Assembly (NCBI GenBank): GCA_937926555.1
Contig: CALAZX010000199.1
Span: forward strand, 1-36,754
Direction: 5' to 3'
Source: an uncultured Negativicutes bacterium
GTDB lineage: Bacteria; Bacillota; Negativicutes; Acidaminococcales; Acidaminococcaceae
Length of the DNA: 36,754 nt
How positions within the stretch are numbered: the first letter of the stretch is position 1; the number at the start of each line of letters is the position of its first letter. Made by a program: the position numbers and the translations under genes. The notes under the pieces were generated by a model that was not told where the DNA came from, did not search any database, and was given only the letters and a program-made list of their open reading frames with translations. Below are positions 33,878-36,754 of the stretch, piece by piece.

Positions 33878-35014
33878 ATGGGTGTTTCTATCACCATCGA
33901 CAATGTAATCAAACGGTTTGGAAAAAATACGGTAATCAACGGGCTGTCCCTCAACGTGAAGCCCGGCGAGTTCTTCACGCTGCTGGGTCCCTCCGGCTGC
34001 GGCAAGACCACCCTGCTGCGCATGATCATCGGCTTCAACAGCATCGAGGGCGGCACCATCAGCGTCAATGACAAAGTGGTCAACGACATTCCCGTCAACG
34101 TGCGGAACATGGGCATGGTGTTCCAGAACTACGCCATCTTCCCCCATATGTCCGTGGCGGAGAACGTGGCCTTCGGCCTGAAACAGCGCAAAGTGCCCAA
34201 GAGCGAGATTCCCGGACGTGTGGAGGAAATCCTGGACACGGTGAAGATCCATCACCTGAAGGACCGCATGCCCACCCAGCTGTCCGGCGGCCAGCAGCAG
34301 CGTGTGGCCCTGGCCCGCGCCATCGTCATCCATCCGGACGTACTCCTGATGGACGAGCCCCTGTCCAACCTGGACGCCAAGCTGCGTATCGAGATGCGCA
34401 ACGCCATCAAGAGCATCCAGCAGGAAGTGGGCATCACCACGGTCTACGTAACTCATGACCAGGAGGAGGCCCTGGCGGTATCCGACCGCATCGCTGTCAT
34501 GAACGAAGGCGTCATCCAGCAGGTCGGCACGCCCCAGTACATCTACCAGCGTCCGGCCAACCAGTTCGTATCCACCTTCATCGGCCTGTCCAACATCCTG
34601 AAGGCGAAACTGGCCCTGGTGGACGGCAAGCCCGGCATCGACTTCGGCCCCTACCAGGTGGCCATGGACAACCTGGACCTGACCTCCCTGGGACAGGGCG
34701 GCGACATCAAGGCCCTGGTCGGCACCCCCGTCACCGTATCCGTACGGCCCGAGGAGTTCACCATCGTGGAAGGCGGCACCGAAGGTCTGGACGCCGTTGT
34801 CCGCAGCTCCGTGTTCCTGGGCATCTCCACCCATTACTTCCTGGAGATGGCCGACGGCAAGGAGCTGGAGATCATCAAAGGCTCCGACGTGGGCCGCATC
34901 ATCCCCAACGGCACCCCGGTGAAGCTGCTGGCTGAGGCCGCACGCATCAACGTCTTCACTGAGGACGGAAGCCGCACTCTGATACAGCAGACGGAGGCAG
35001 GTGAGAACGCATGA
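33878..35014 (+). CDS. ABC transporter ATP-binding protein (FbpC/PotA-like, TOBE-type C-terminus)
   Basis: [28 protein letters not shown] and VTHDQEEA motifs. Confidence 0.95.
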   Translation: MGVSITIDNVIKRFGKNTVINGLSLNVKPGEFFTLLGPSGCGKTTLLRMIIGFNSIEGGTISVNDKVVNDIPVNVRNMGMVFQNYAIFPHMSVAENVAFGLKQRKVPKSEIPGRVEEILDTVKIHHLKDRMPTQLSGGQQQRVALARAIVIHPDVLLMDEPLSNLDAKLRIEMRNAIKSIQQEVGITTVYVTHDQEEALAVSDRIAVMNEGVIQQVGTPQYIYQRPANQFVSTFIGLSNILKAKLALVDGKPGIDFGPYQVAMDNLDLTSLGQGGDIKALVGTPVTVSVRPEEFTIVEGGTEGLDAVVRSSVFLGISTHYFLEMADGKELEIIKGSDVGRIIPNGTPVKLLAEAARINVFTEDGSRTLIQQTEAGENA

Positions 35015-36660
35015 AGAAAATGTCACTCTGGACCGCCATGACCCTGGTGATCCTGGGATTCTTCGCGCTGTTCGTGGTCTACCCCCTGTTCCTGATCATG
35101 TACCAGAGCGTCATCGATCCCGAATCGCACCGGCTGACCCTGGACTACTTCTACAAGTTCTTCGGCCGTAAATATTACTGGAGCACCCTGGTGAACAGCT
35201 TCAGCGTCACTGTCTGCTCCACCCTGGTGGCGGCCCTCATCGGCCTGCCCATGGCATATGTGCTGCGGAGCGTCAAGATCCCCTGCAGCAAGTACGTCAA
35301 CATCCTGATTGTCATCTCCTACCTGTCACCGCCGTTCATCGGCGCTTACGCGTGGATCCAGCTGCTGGGACGTAACGGGTTCATCACCCAGTTCATCAAC
35401 AGCACGTTCGGACTGCACTTCGAGGGCATCTACGGATTCGCCGGCATCGTGCTGGTCTTCTCCCTCCAGTCCTTCCCGCTGATCTACATGTATGTGGCAG
35501 GCGCCCTGAAAAACATGGACAACTCCCTGAACGAGGCCGCGGAGAGCCTGGGCTGCACCGTTTTCCAGCGTGTGACCCAGATCGTGCTGCCCCTGGTGAT
35601 GCCCTCCCTGCTGGCGGGCTCCCTGCTGGTGTTCATGCGCGTGTTCTCCGACTTCGGTACCCCCATGCTGATCGGTGAGGGCTTCAAGACCTTCCCGGTA
35701 CTGATTTACACCCAGTTCATGGGCGAGGTGAGCACGGACGACCATTTCGCCGCCTCCCTCTGTGTTATCGTGGTTGTGATTACCCTGTTCTTCTTCTTCA
35801 TCCAGCGTGCCGTGGCCAAGCATTACTCCTACGCCATGACGGCACTGAAACCCATGCAGCCTGTGAAAGCCACCGGCAAACGCCGTTTCTTCGCCTACCT
35901 GTTCGTGTACGGCGTGGCATTCGTGGCCATGCTGCCCCAGCTGACGGTCATCTTCACCTCCTTCCTGGAAACGGTGGGCGGTGCGGTGTACACCGGCAAG
36001 TTCTCGCTGATGAACTATGAGAACACCCTGCTGGCCAAGGACAACATGTCCATCTTCAACACCTATGCCTTCGGCATCTGCGCGATCATCATCGTGGTCA
36101 TCCTGGGTATCCTGATCTCGTACCTGACGGCACGGAAACCCTCCGTCCTCACGAACATCCTGGACACCCTGACCATGTTCCCGTACATCATCCCCGGCTC
36201 TGTTCTGGGTATCGCCCTGCTGTCCAGCTTCAACAGCGGCTTCCTGATCCTCAGCGGCACGGCCCTGATCATCATCATCTCCCTGACCATCCGGCGTATG
36301 CCTTACACCATCCGGTCCAGTACGGCGATCATCTCCCAGATCAGCCCCAGCATCGAGGAGGCTGCCATCAGCCTGGGCGCCAGCGAGTTCAAGTCCTTCC
36401 GCAAGGTCATGGTCCCCATGATGCTGCCCGGTGTCATGGCCGGCGCCATCATGAGCTGGATCACGCTGATCAGTGAGCTGAGCTCCAGCATCATCCTGTA
36501 CACCAGCCATACCCAGACCCTGACGGTGGCCATCTACGCGGAGGTAATCCGCAGCAACTTCGGCAACGCCGCGGCCTACTCCACCATCCTGACCCTGACT
36601 TCCATCGTGTCCCTGCTGCTGTTCTTCAAGCTGACACACAACGAGGATATCAGCGTATAA
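35011..36660 (+). CDS. ABC transporter permease with two fused TM domains (FbpB/AfuB-like)
   Basis: Two EAA loops (NEAAESLG, EEAAISLGA); about 12 hydrophobic segments; ATGA overlap with the ATPase. Confidence 0.93.
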   Translation: MKKMSLWTAMTLVILGFFALFVVYPLFLIMYQSVIDPESHRLTLDYFYKFFGRKYYWSTLVNSFSVTVCSTLVAALIGLPMAYVLRSVKIPCSKYVNILIVISYLSPPFIGAYAWIQLLGRNGFITQFINSTFGLHFEGIYGFAGIVLVFSLQSFPLIYMYVAGALKNMDNSLNEAAESLGCTVFQRVTQIVLPLVMPSLLAGSLLVFMRVFSDFGTPMLIGEGFKTFPVLIYTQFMGEVSTDDHFAASLCVIVVVITLFFFFIQRAVAKHYSYAMTALKPMQPVKATGKRRFFAYLFVYGVAFVAMLPQLTVIFTSFLETVGGAVYTGKFSLMNYENTLLAKDNMSIFNTYAFGICAIIIVVILGILISYLTARKPSVLTNILDTLTMFPYIIPGSVLGIALLSSFNSGFLILSGTALIIIISLTIRRMPYTIRSSTAIISQISPSIEEAAISLGASEFKSFRKVMVPMMLPGVMAGAIMSWITLISELSSSIILYTSHTQTLTVAIYAEVIRSNFGNAAAYSTILTLTSIVSLLLFFKLTHNEDISV

Positions 36661-36754
36661 GGATATATGCGGCATAGCCCCGTGAACGGGCTATGGCTTT
36701 CCCCGGCGGCACCGGCTGCCGCCACCCGATGTAAGAACAACAACATACAAAAAA

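Noticed and set aside
36673-36723. Terminator ending the ABC operon
   Set aside because: Two hairpins are present but without a convincing U-tract, and the context is cut by the window edge

Overview
GC-rich (about 60% by eye) chromosomal segment of a diderm Firmicute (Negativicutes; a TonB-dependent receptor sits beside FapR/PlsX and TmcAL; Acidaminococcales is a guess). In order: a 30-bp-period array of seven 17-bp palindromes; two tandem pepT paralogues; a non-canonical folate operon (hybrid-motif PTPS/QueD, FolE2, FolP with an N-terminal reductase-like domain, FolK; no folB) downstream of trmL and a GH73 hydrolase; an MBL-fold hydrolase; a ~5-kb lower-GC island (TonB-dependent receptor, periplasmic binding lipoprotein, degenerate archaeal-type ATPase) bracketed by two homologous hairpins; the conserved rsmD-coaD-X-tmcAL-ackA-yceD-rpmF-fapR-plsX-fabH-fabD-fabG-acpP-fabK/fabX-fabF-rnc-radical SAM region; tRNA-Pro(CGG); a ~2.7-kb accessory patch (short tandem repeats, small membrane protein, structured leader, duplicated-domain protein, TM2 protein); and an AfuABC/FbpABC-type ABC transporter. 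The most notable oddities are the palindrome array, the apparent triple-bypass folate pathway, a 93-bp densely substituted patch in folE2 (probably an artefact), the hairpin-flanked island and the tRNA-proximal patch. No integrase, transposase, cas or reverse transcriptase gene is visible. All family assignments are from motif recognition by eye; no searches were run.
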